From Eledone cirrhosa (taxonomy: Eukaryota): a stretch of DNA of 64,000 bases. Positions 39,354-51,786 of this stretch are shown here, in pieces. The stretch covers positions 17,236,001 to 17,300,000 of the forward strand of contig OZ024743.1 in assembly GCA_964016885.1 (NCBI GenBank), read 5' to 3'. Below the pieces are notes generated by a model that saw only the letters and a program-made list of their open reading frames with translations, had not been told where the DNA came from and searched no databases. The translations under genes and the position numbers were made by a program. The first letter of the stretch is position 1. Each line of letters opens with the position of its first letter.

Positions 39354-41083
39354 TTACCGTACTTTTCGTAGAGGAAGGATGGTTTTTCCATCCATTTTCA
39401 CTTGATCGTCTGGTGAAGGGACCGTTGAATCGTCCCTTCGGCTGGTCGTCGGCTCTTCTATGGGTATGTCCGAATATACTCTTCGGTTGAGAGTCCCTCC
39501 TAGGTCTCTGAAACCACCAACTGCGTTGGGGAATTTCGTTTTAATGTTTGTATATTGTTTCTGTGCTATTTTTAGCAGTCTTATATTAGTTGGCGTTTTG
39601 ATTGGTGCTGGTATTATGTGGTCGTGCTGTGAAATGTCTGTGTGTTCAATTACGTAAGTCATTAGTTTCTTGTGTGTATTTATTGCCGTGCATTTGTTTT
39701 TATGGGGGTGGGGTGTGGTTCTGCTATTTTCATGTCGTTGTTGCTGGGTGTGTGTGTTTTGTTGTTGTGTTTGCGATGTTGGTGCTTGCGGTGGTGGTGT
39801 TGAAGATGTTGTTGTTGTTGGCGGTGGGGTTGTCGCCGGTGGTGATGGTGGTGCTAGTGTGGGTGGTGATGGTGTTGGTGATGTTGCTGCTGTGAGTCTC
39901 TTTGCCGTAGCCTTTACCCTTTTTTCATTTCTTTCCTCCCTTTTCGAAGGCGACGATGCGCTACTTCTGCGTTTGTGCCTTCTTAAGATTTTTTGCCATA
40001 CCTCTCCCACCTCACACTCCATGCCTGATTCTGTGAAGTCGGGGAGGGGTACCAGCTACACTCTTTCACTTGTTGTTGGTGATGTTTGCACTGGAGTCTC
40101 TGTTGCAGCTGCATTTGGTATTACTGTTGTTGTTGTTAATACTTCCACTGCTGCTGCTGTTTTTGATTTCCGTGGCGTGGGTATGGTTGCCACGGACCTA
40201 TCGTTCCTGGTTGCCGCTTGTCCTGTTGCTGATAGCCGTGGAGTCGGTTTCGGAAGGAGGGGGGTTTCTCCTTTCTCAGGGTCTTCTCGATGCAGAAGGC
40301 CCTGAGGTGAGTCTTCGATCCACAGCGAAAGCATTTCGAGAGTTTGCGCTCAACAATTATGGGCAGTTGAGTCACGTTATCGAAGTCTATCACATCCGGG
40401 ATAGCTTCGATGCACTCCCGGTTGGTTTGATTAACATCTCAATGGAGGTGCCGACCCAATCTTCTCTTACTTTTTTCTGTACTTGCAGTACAGTTGTTTT
40501 GTCCTCGATTCCGACGAGGACAGACGCGGCCAGCCAAGAAGGGGCCATCCTATGGGGCGTGGGTCAGTTTGACCCTCACAATTTTTTGCCCGCAGTAGGA
40601 GGGCACCAACACCATTTCCGCGCTCCTTAGGGTCACTAAGGATTGAGCCTTTGCCTACTGGGTTGTGGCAAAAAGCACGTCTACGGTGGCATATTTCTTG
40701 CCTCGGGTGATGTGCGTTTTCCGCTGCCACACAGACCCTAAGGCTTTTTTGTTTTTGAGCCTCTGTGGCTCTTTCAACCCTACGGGATTTTGTGCTTACT
40801 GTACGGTACGTGACCGTACAGTGCTGTTGGATTTCGAAAAATTTCTCGGCTGCCTTGCAGATTACTCGGTAGTCCGATTTTCGTCATCCTCTTCTTCGCT
40901 TCCTCTAATTCCTCATTTGTTGTGAGGATGGTTTCCAGGTTCTTTGCGATACCTGCAAACGAGATTGGTTTTTCTTTGCTGCTGTTGTTGTTGTTGTTGT
41001 TGTTGTTGTCAGAGCTGCTGTTACTTTTGTTGTTGCTGCAGGTACTACGACTACTGAGGCCGCCGCTGTTGCTGTGGTTGTTG

Positions 41084-41114
<31 letters not shown>

Positions 41115-41488
41115 TGTTGCTAATGCTGTTGGTGTGTTTATGTTGGTGCTGATGCTGTTGCGGCTGCTACTGTTGTTTTCTTGTCACTGTTGCTGCTGCT
41201 GCTGTTATTACGGCTACTACTGCTATTATTCCTGACGTCAGACGAATGAAATGGGTTTTCGTATTTCCCCCACACCTTTTTCGTCGTTGTCGTCGTCGTC
41301 GTGGAGAAATCTTGCACGCTTTGCACGTGATTTTTCTTTTCTGGCGTCGCTTGCGAAAGAGAAGGGATTGAGAGAGACACATTTAGAGAAGGGAGGGAGA
41401 GAGACTATCTTCTCTCTGCTGTAGTGACGATTGAGGAAGAAGACGGAATGAGTGGGAATGACCTATGAAAATTCTTTTTCGTAGCCAT
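39354..41488 (-). pseudogene. Copy C ORF1: gag-like protein (frameshifted; start approximate)
   Basis: KALGSVWQRKTHITRGKKYATVDV block, knuckle CFRCGSKTHLRAFC, (CAG/AAC)n-encoded low-complexity N-terminus. Confidence 0.78.
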
Positions 41489-41703
41489 GTTGTTTTTTTG
41501 TTTAAAATAAATATTGGGCACAAAACCCCAATAAGCGTTTATTTAACCCCGAAGGGCCAAATAACGGGCAGAAAGGCCCATCTCACGAGGAGGAGGGTGT
41601 TTTTGTCTACAAGTTGGCCAAAGTTTTAAACAATTTACAATTGTTATAGCGGTCAAAATTTACAATACCTTACAGAGCCGAGCCTCCGTCAACCATAGCA
41701 TTC

Positions 41704-41753
<50 letters not shown>

Positions 41754-43344
41754 TTCTGTCTGCAAGATGGCTTGCCGGAAATATCCTATTTTTTCATTTA
41801 GATTGGTCATTTATTGCTTTCTTCAATTGATACCATACATCCCTCATACATCCCTAGTGAAAGTTGGGTTGCACTAGGACCAATATTAAAAGATATTATT
41901 AGATTCGTCCTTTTCCTTCATATACTATATATCGTCCATGTTTTGCAGATATGTTGCCAAAATAATTCTACCCGACGTAATCTCTTTTTTAAATACTTAA
42001 AGCACCAACCACAGTTTATTAATTATTTCATCGTCTGATGAAACATATAGAATTGAGTCAGTGATATTTCTTGAAGCGTGGTCTTATCTTTGCATGTGGC
42101 CTTGCAATAATGCATTGCGGTGTTGCGCGGAGGCCTTTTGAAATTTAGGTATGTTTTCATTTCCTCTATTGTAGTAGTGGATATAAGCTGATATTTCAGT
42201 TGCTCTACACGTTTGTTATCGCGGATATGCTATTATAATGACATGGTAGATAAATATGTTTAACATAAGCGCTACCTTCATAGACTTTCTTTTATGCAAG
42301 AGTATATCAACAAATGAATTTCAGTGAACGTGGTTTAGTAAAGTTGCATGTTTTAAGCAGTTATCGCTTAAAGAGTCTATGATTCCTGATATGTTAATGG
42401 AAGGTTAAAGTTGTAATTGGAAATCAAATTTCATTAACCATTGTTATGAATATTGATGTATTTATACACATATTTCTACACGTTTGAGTGAGTTATATTT
42501 AATATAATATATCCCTGAGTATAATTGTAACTGAAATGAGTAAGGTGATTAAGCGTAGTAATAAAATAAAAAGATGTGTATACTAGTTTTATTACTGGCA
42601 CAAAACGTGTTCTTATATTCTTGCTATGCAGTACATAAAATACATAATGGGAGTAAAGATATTATTATATGCAATAAACATACACCAACCTCTCTATTAA
42701 GGAAAAAAATAATGTTTCGTTATGTAAAAGTATGTTTCTGCATGTTTGCCCTGTGTATGTGTTTTTCATTCGATGATGAAAAATTCAGAAATCTTTCCAC
42801 TGATTCTATCGCGGTATGAAAGAGAATTTGGTATGTAAATACCACAACTCAAAAAATTAATCATCGATCTCCACGTGTTTAAGATGTTGGTGAGTGCGCT
42901 ACCTATAATACAGGACAAATTCGGTTGAAAAGGATTGAAGCGTATTGCTTCAAATGTAAACCAAAACAAATTTGAAATTGAAAATATGTGAAACCAAAAT
43001 GATGTATCAATACTATATTTCAATCATTAGAATAAATATTTTAGGAAATCGGATACGATGCACCTTCCAACGAACATAGTTAGCGGAATCGTCATTCACT
43101 TATGGAACGGCAACAAATAACGAAACGTCATTGTTTATGTAACACACTATTTCAACGAATGGGTTAAATAATCGACCCGAGCAAAAGAAGTTTACAGATA
43201 TAGGAATTGAAATACGTTTTCCTACAAGGTATATTCAGGCAAGGAATATGGCAACGGAGATATTAAAGCTAACTAGGTTTAAGAGAGGGGAGGCCGTTGC
43301 GGGTATTTCGGCGTAAAACGAAGTCCTGCTCTATGCCTTAAATC

Positions 43345-43651
43345 AGGAGCTCGTCTTGTTTATTATCTTTAACGAAATGTGTATCTTTGAGAGTTGTAGA
43401 GACTATATTACTGATTTCCTATGTACACAGAAACCAACATCCTCTGATGAAAATGAGGTGCAACTATGAATGAATACTAACCACTCGAAGAAGCTGCTTA
43501 GCAGTGAAATTAAAGCGCTGAACAATGTCCAGGACTATGGGTATGATTAAAGTCATATGATACTAAAAAGGATTTATATCTGGGCTGATTAATGTGTTTT
43601 CGATATTCTAAATCTCTGAAAAGGTGTTAAAGATGAAACAAGACGAGTGCC
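43345..43651. mobile_element. MITE-like element with ~30-bp imperfect terminal inverted repeats
   Basis: aggagctcgtcttgtttattatctttaac pairs with gttaaagatgaaacaagacgagtgcct. Confidence 0.45.
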
Positions 43652-44977
43652 TCCGATTATAGAGTAGTCTGCTCGTATGGCCACGCTGGTAATTTTTAAA
43701 TTGTGTCTGACAGAGTGGTGTAGGGATATAGACAATGCAACCTAGCTTAACTACAGTCTATATTTCAGTCTATATTAACACAGCATTGCCAAGAGGCGTG
43801 TGCACGTTTCGAGGATATCGAAAAGCCATATGACCGTGTACGACGGTAGTGGTGTGAATGAGGCCGTATAATTAATCACACACACAGATGTATATATATA
43901 TATATGTATAAATATATGTATAAATATATATATATATATATATATATGAGTAATAATATTTTCGAATCAGCGAGCGAGTTTGAAATTATTATAAATGTAA
44001 GCTATCGCCGTATTTTGACTAAAGAAATTAAATAAATTATTTAGCGTGATAGTGGGGTTAAGAACCCTCGGAGAAATGGAAAACAAAGATTAGTATTGAC
44101 GTACATGGAACTCTGACACATCTTTGGTTATCCACAGCACTGTGCTACTATTTACACCAACACACCACGCGTATCTTTCCATTCAAATTAGAAGCTATAA
44201 TCTTAGCAACTGTAATGTCAAGTAATACTATTTCGATAACAAATTATCGTTATAGGTAATCCAGTTAATGGTTGGGAGTACTCTGCGTCGTGGATAGATT
44301 CAACGTAAGGCTTTATTTGACTCAACAAGATGCTTGCATAGTTAGGCAGCGAGTTCGCGGGAATTCCTATGTAACATGATTGGCTATATATCTGTGACTT
44401 TGTTTAGTTTGTGCTTATTATTAATAATCTCCTATTAGGTTGAGATGCAATTTGGGCAATATTGAGCTGCGCTTTCTAGCAACCAGCCCACTCGCCGTAA
44501 GCAACCAATCACATTATTTCTAATTTGACCACTGCCACATCACGATTCTTACCCATTTTGAATCTGTTTCTGGCGAGATCGCTTTGGTAAATTACCTGTC
44601 GTATGAGGTTGTTTCCTGACGAGTTCGAAACTCGAGATTTTATCCTTAATAGGATATCTCAGAACGCGAACGAAACCCCAGGGTAGAGACATAATCATGG
44701 TAAGAGTGTACGCATTTCTTCTAACTTTAATTTTATACCTAATGGTGTATGGTGGACGGTATATTTAGTCGATTTCTACATGCTGTTGAAATGTTGGGTA
44801 AATATTCTATTGCGGTCGGACCCGAAGAGGCTGCTGTCGTTTATTTATCAAATATTTCTTCATAGGAGCCTTTATTCGTATAGCCTGGTCTAATTGATTT
44901 TTATTTGGTTAACTATGCTAATTGTGAGAAGAAATGTTGTATATATATATTATCAAATGATTCTAGGTAAATATTTA

Positions 44978-45124
<147 letters not shown>

Positions 45125-45134
45125 TATATATATA

Positions 45135-45198
<64 letters not shown>

Positions 45199-45479
45199 TA
45201 TATATATATATATATACATATATATATACATATATATATATGTATATATGTATATATGTATATATATATATCCCTTGACCTACTGCAAAATCAAAACACG
45301 GTTTTTTGCGAGGAATGAACCATGACATGAACTTACCGCCAAAAACACTTTCCTGGCCATGTTAGGAACACTCTTTTAGTTATTTATGCCCTTGAGAAGC
45401 CCATCCGGGCGAAACACACGCAGGTGCTGTTTTAAATAAACATGAATTAACGGTCTGTTCTCCTATTTCTTATTTTTCC

Positions 45480-45511
<32 letters not shown>

Positions 45512-45516
<5 letters not shown>

Positions 45517-46150
45517 ATTTGATGAAAAAGCAGGATATTAGAATGATGCGCTAAAAAGGCCAGATTATAAAAATAATATAGAATATATAGACAATAATAA
45601 TCTGAGTCTTAATCCTGATAAAAATAATGGCATATATAAACGAAGTTCTAAAAATTCTAATAATTGTAATTCAAACACCTGTACTGTGAATACATCGGGG
45701 AAAAGATCCATAACTAAATCAGTTATATGGTTTGCCCCCCCCCCCCCACCCCCCCGCCCCCCACCCCGCTGATGTAGCAGTAAGAACACCAATAGCTAAT
45801 ATATTTGTTAAAGCTTTAGATAGTTCATTCCCTAGTCAACATAAATACCACTCTATATTTAATAGACACACAATTAAACTGTCTTATTCTAGAACTATGA
45901 ATATGGCCCAAAACATCGCTAAAATAAACAGTATAATTCTAAACCAAAATCAACATAATGCTATTAATAATAGTGTTAATATAAATAATAATAAATCGAA
46001 ATGTAATTGTAGAAATAAACAAGATTGCCCTCTGCAAAATAATTGTCTGGATAGAAATCTGGTGTATAAATGCACCGTAAAAACATATAACAACACATAC
46101 AACTACATAGGAGCAAATTCTTCGACATTTAAATCGAGATCTTATTAATA
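45512..46150 (+). mobile_element. Penelope-like element fragment: post-RT linker, Cys cluster and start of the GIY-YIG endonuclease
   Basis: VIWFAPP, FPSQHKYHSIFNRHTIKLSYS, CNCRNKQDCPLQNNCL, NLVYKC...YIG...FKSR. Confidence 0.85.
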
Positions 46151-46284
46151 ATTACACATTCTTCGACATTTATATCGAGACCCTATTAATAATTACTAAT
46201 TATGAAAACTTAATTAACAAAAAAAGTGAATTATTCTCAAACTGCCTTCATAATGCTTTGTCCATATTCCAAGCCTCGCAAAAA

Positions 46285-46500
46285 GTCAGGAAAAAACAGT
46301 AAACAATCAGGCGTTAATTTTTGACGCCTCTATCAACTGTTGGGCCTAAAAAGTCATAACGGTTTAATAATGCTTTATCTTCTAATCATTTAGTCAGGAA
46401 AAAACAGTAAACAATCAGGTGTTAATTTTTGACGCCTCTTATCAACTGTTGGGGCTAAAAAGTCATAACGGTTTAATAATGCTTTATCTTCTAATCATTT
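46285..46500. repeat. Direct tandem duplication, ~107 bp x2
   Basis: agtcaggaaaaaacagtaaacaatcagg...cttctaatcattt occurs twice with few differences. A smaller ~38 bp duplication lies at ~46118-46197. Confidence 0.9.
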
Positions 46501-48326
46501 GTGATAAAATTAAATTTAGAATGAAGGATACTCTTTTGATAAATTGTTTACTTGTAAATATGCATACCTTATGTTTTTTTGGGGGATATTTATAATTTTG
46601 ATTCTGATCGTTATTTATTTGTTTTAAATAAATAATTTGGATATTTAACTTGTCAATTTACTGATTATAATTGATCTGTGGATCATTCGTGCGTTTGCAT
46701 ATTTTACATATTTAACTCATTTTGAGTATGTTTTTTTGGACTGAGAAAGTTAGATTTGCATTTATTTTTTTATATGTATATAGGTATAAATATAACAAAC
46801 CATAATAGCCGACAAATATTGGTCTATCTCTCCATTGAACTGGAGGTAAAACTACAATTATAGCATTACTAATAATTATTATAATTAATATTTTTTTAAT
46901 TAAATGTATACCGTTTCATTAATACCTATATTAATATCTCTATATAGATGTACAAATATCTTTATCAAGTGTAATAACATAAACGTAGTTACATTTATAA
47001 ATAATTAAACACTCAAATGACTCTATATTGTTATAAGTCTTTGATATTCCCTGGAAGTTCGAACTTATATAATGATTGCTACTTAATATAATATATAATA
47101 ATTAGATTTAACTTATTTTATTTTATTTTAATTAAATTTAGATTATCTTCGGCTTTTTTCAAATATTTAGCTCCTCTTTATATCACATTCGCTAAAATAT
47201 TTTAGATGTATCTTTTGTATACTATATGAAAGCCCTATTACATTTATAATATATTTTTAATATTGGGCATCTTTAAGTTTCGCAAACAATTCATTTTCTT
47301 TTATTTGTATATTTATTTTGTATCTAGCCCCTATCATTTACTTATATGATTATCGTATATATCAACTAAATGAAAATAATTGATATAAAACATTAATTCT
47401 TTAGCAATATTTTTTAACAATATTTTTTAACTATATATATGTTTGAACAATATTTTCAGTAACTTAATTACGATATTGTTTTATTGTATTATTGCATTAT
47501 ATTATATATATATTTGAAAGGTATCACCTCAATTATAAACAAAGACTAAACTATCATCCTTGTATTTTGTTATCAACATATATATATAATTAAAAATTCG
47601 GACTTCTTTAAGTTTAGTTATAAAGCCGGTTGATTCTTTAGGCACTAAAACTATTTAACAATACATTCTTTAATAATTATAACTATAATTATTTTATAAA
47701 TTATATTATATAAACTGTTGTCAATATTATAAATAAGTTTGGTAAAGATTACCTTCGTGAGGGTATAAAAGCATATATTTTCTTTCTCGTATTTCGTAAA
47801 TCCTTTAAATTTGTTTTCATAAAATTTGAATTTTAAAATTTAAACATAATTAGAATATTAATACAAATATCTATTAACTTTTAAAACCTAAAATATTATT
47901 CATTACTCTGAAATAACTTAAATTAAATATTTTGAAAATTAACGGCCATCTATATTAATTTGGGATATGTGTTGCATATATGGTAATCTGTATATAAGCT
48001 TGAACATAATTTACTCCTCTTTGTCTCTCTCTCTCTTTAATCATCTTTCATCTGTTTTTTCAAGCCACCTACTAAATATATTATCACATCAGCTGTTTCT
48101 TCTTCTATGCTACTCTTTCTCCAGAAGTTTTAAAAAAAAATGTATAACTGTTATATTGATGCCATGTATTTTTTAAGCTGTATTACATGCACCCTCTCTA
48201 TTATTTGTATTATATTATCTCATGTTCTCAATATTAGTGTATAAATATTGAATTTTGTCATAAGTTAATCACTACCATGACTGAATCTTAACCATCTACT
48301 ATGTCAGGGTATGTCATGCATCATCT

Positions 48327-48391
48327 TATTTTATCTGATGAGGACGTACTGTTTAATTTAATTCAGTACCTCTGAAATATGTATAATAAAA
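48327..48391 (+). ncRNA. Minimal type I hammerhead ribozyme motif
   Basis: Stem I ttttat/ataaaa, CTGATGA at 48335-48341, stem II gtactg/cagtac, GAAA at 48374-48377, tatgta-TA. Same family as 262-324. Confidence 0.6.
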
Positions 48392-50486
48392 CATAATTGA
48401 TCATAAGAATATCTATTTTGTTAATATTTTGAATTAATAATTATATATATATATATATATACTGATTCAGTTTTTACGACCATTATCCACTTTCGATTCA
48501 TAACCGATAATATGTCGTTCGTCATAGATGCAATTATACCCTATCAATAAATTATCTATATATACCTCCATTTCGTACACATTCACGGGCGTGTTGCATA
48601 TATTAAATTCTGTGACTTCAGGTAGATAGTCAAAATTATAAACGGGAACCACTGAACTTATTAGAAGTTGAGACATAAACTGTATTTCTCAACTAAAACG
48701 TTACCATGAATCTCACACAATATTTTCAGTATCCTAATCATAGACTACTATTCGGGCCTTTTCCATATCAATGCATATACTTACCGAATTATTTTCTCTG
48801 GCGTAACATTTAAATAGTAAATTCTATTGGAAACATACATGCATGATTGTTTAAAGAACTAATTTGTAAATAAACTCGGTTTTTATGTGTTCTCTCAGAG
48901 AAGCTTTTATGCATATCAGATAAGTTTTAATGTTTGGTTTCCTCACTAAGATTAAAACAAATGATAAAAAACATCACGTTTTTCAAAGGATTAAGAGAAA
49001 AAATGCTAAATTTATGAAGTGCATAAGATATTAAATTTATTGAACGTGATATAATTACCCTTTTTATTTATAAAACCTTTACACGCTTATTACTAAAATC
49101 AATAACTTCAGCTACAGTTGAAAAAAACAATTTGTTTTTTTTGTTGTAAATAATGAAAGTTAGGACCAAATCACTAAGAACATCACACAATATTTCTGTT
49201 TACGTTACACAGTAATAGGCAATAGATGCCATATAAAACAGATATAATCTATCAATGAATTATTAATTTAGGTTTAACAACATTCGCCAGAGATTTGACT
49301 TATTTGGGTATGTGCTGATTTGAAATATGAATTTAATTCCAGAAAACTATTCAATTTACTTACAGTGATTAATACTTTAATATTTTAATATGTTCCAAAC
49401 ATTACCAAATATGTAATGCATCACATTTAAATCAGGAGGGAGACCCCTATAACCACTAGCTTATTTATTAAATCTGATATTATAAAAGTCTGGGTATTTG
49501 TGCTCCAAAAAGTATAATTTTAGTTGCGATACACTAAATATATTTAATTTCATATTATCCTGTGTAAAAGTAATACACAATCAATGTGTCGTACACGTTC
49601 GGTTGAATGATAGAACGAAATATAAAGTCAATTGGGTTTTTCAAACAAGAGGAAATCAAATAATATATGGCGAGTAATGCGGTGGAAAATAGTAAAATAA
49701 TTATTGTTTTTATATTTCCCAAAGTAATTAAAAACATTATCGATATAACAGAGATTAGCATCAACTCATGAGAAGTGCTCACAGTAGATCAAACTATAAC
49801 TCTAATGAATAAATGAATTCAGGTCATATTTGGTATCTATGGACAATAAGACAAATGAACGAAACATAAAACGATCATATAATTATGTTGTCACTATATC
49901 TAACTTAGATAAGTTTGTCCGTAAATAAATGATGGTTCTATGTATTTACACTGAAGAAAATGTAACATTAGAAGACAGAGACAAACGAAATATGTAAATT
50001 GTCAGACACACCCGCAACTACATCTATATATATATATTATAAAGAATTAGCATATCTACCAACATATATATACAGATGCATACCTATGCTAGCAAATATA
50101 TAGGTTTTGTCTTAGTAACTTTGTGGTTCAATGCAAGGGGATGCAGAACAATTATATGAAAGACGTAAAATAAGAAAATTATAAAAATTAACTTACTTAC
50201 TAAAATTTCACTCCAACTAATTAGTTTCTGTAAGAGAATAAACATGGTTTTCCAAATGGAAAGCATGGAGAAGCCGTTTCGTCATCAGGGAGTATGTTCT
50301 CAGCTAAGTTACCAGGCGATGCGTGGACACAGGGAAATATATAAAAATAATTCAGTGGTGGAAAAAAGCAAGCGTGGACTAAATTCCAAGACATTGAGAA
50401 AATCATTGCCTACTTGGTCGGTGGCAAATTCAAAAGAATCAATCACGTGACATCGAGGTTAATCAGTGAGGAGTGGAGTGTTATAT

Positions 50487-50573
<87 letters not shown>

Positions 50574-50635
50574 AAACAGACGCACAGGCACAAACACACA
50601 CACACACACATACACATATATATATATATACAATA

Positions 50636-50980
50636 TATTAACAAATGGAAACTATATTTATAAAACCATATTCTTTTCGTCTTTAACTTCAAAAATATTC
50701 TTATTAGCTGAAATTAAAATACGTTGCTGCACAGAGTTTACTATAGTGTTTTTAACGGATCTGGGGTGATTGGAATTAAAATTAACGTAGTTTAAGTTGT
50801 CGTTTATTTTGTGAAATGGATAATAAAGACCTGTGTTAAGGTTTAAAGTTATATCTAGAAAGTTAACTATTTTATAATTACTCTCTATTTCTACATTAAG
50901 ATTAAGGTAATTAAAAAATTGTATAATTTCTTTTCTTTTCCTATTTATTTCAGTTATTATTTTATTGTATCCCAACAAAT
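50636..50980 (-). mobile_element. Penelope-like RT thumb fragment fused to a pLTR end
   Basis: KRKEIIQFF...VNFLDITLNLNTGLYYPFHKINDNLNYVNFNSNHP, then the same terminal sequence as the palindrome at the window start. Confidence 0.82.
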
Positions 50981-51499
50981 TAAATATAACCTCTACATAT
51001 ATATATATTAATTGTTTAATTTATAATCTCTGATATTTGATTTAGGATTTTAATTTTTAATTTTTATTTCCAACTCTCACTCTCAACTTCCAATATAAAA
51101 CCACGATACCTAGAATTAAGTATATTTTCCCTTATGAGTTGATGGTCAGTCTTACTGTCAACGCTTAGTGAAAGGTAGTATTATGACCTATAAAAACTAA
51201 CACCCTGCCACCCCCTCTGGCTTTCGGCTGACTTCCACAGACGTGATGGGTAGCAGTAAACTTTGGTAGGGCATAGGTGGGCCATTGTTTTGGCTGAGAG
51301 GGTGAACTGACTAAGCGAATTTCGTTGAAATCTGCTGTGGCTAATGGTCAACTTCCTTCGGACATGCGCTTGCGCAGACCGGTGGGGGTGAATTGGTACT
51401 CACAAGGGAACGGATGAAAAAACCAAAAGCACGAACTTCATCCGTTCCCATGTCGATTCAATTTGGATTGCCTCGGAAACATAACCTTATTATGTAACA

Positions 51500-51575
51500 A
51501 GCTGTCTGATGATGACACGACACTGGCACACAGAACAGTGTGGCCAGTGTCGTCATTGAAATGTATATCATAGCA
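51500..51575 (+). ncRNA. Hammerhead-like motif with a long stem II
   Basis: gctgt-CTGATGA (51506-51512), acgacactggcacac/gtgtggccagtgtcgt hairpin, GAAA (51558-51561), tgtata-TC-atagc. Confidence 0.5.
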
Positions 51576-51618
51576 TTATTATCAAAGAACTTGAACATCT
51601 GAAACTACTTCCCTTTTC

Positions 51619-51786
<168 letters not shown>

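Larger units (their letters stand above)
35723..41703 (-). mobile_element. Tx1-clade non-LTR retrotransposon, copy C (full length, degenerate)
   Basis: Two ORFs, AATAAA at 35729-35734, (AAT)n flanks at 35684-35722 and 41704-41751. Confidence 0.93.

Noticed and set aside
21562-41152. Many plus-strand ORFs antisense to the Tx1 copies (e.g. 31060-31569, 33804-34394, 39670-40305)
   Set aside because: Shadow ORFs of GC-rich or low-complexity coding sequence; no independent motifs.
29823-41703. B and C as a simple tandem duplication or an LTR element
   Set aside because: The 5' ~2.2 kb are not alignable at the nucleotide level, and each copy has its own AATAAA and (AAT)n junctions. No integrase or protease.
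44370-44515. Two CCAAT boxes as a promoter
   Set aside because: No associated TATA, exon or LTR structure could be identified.
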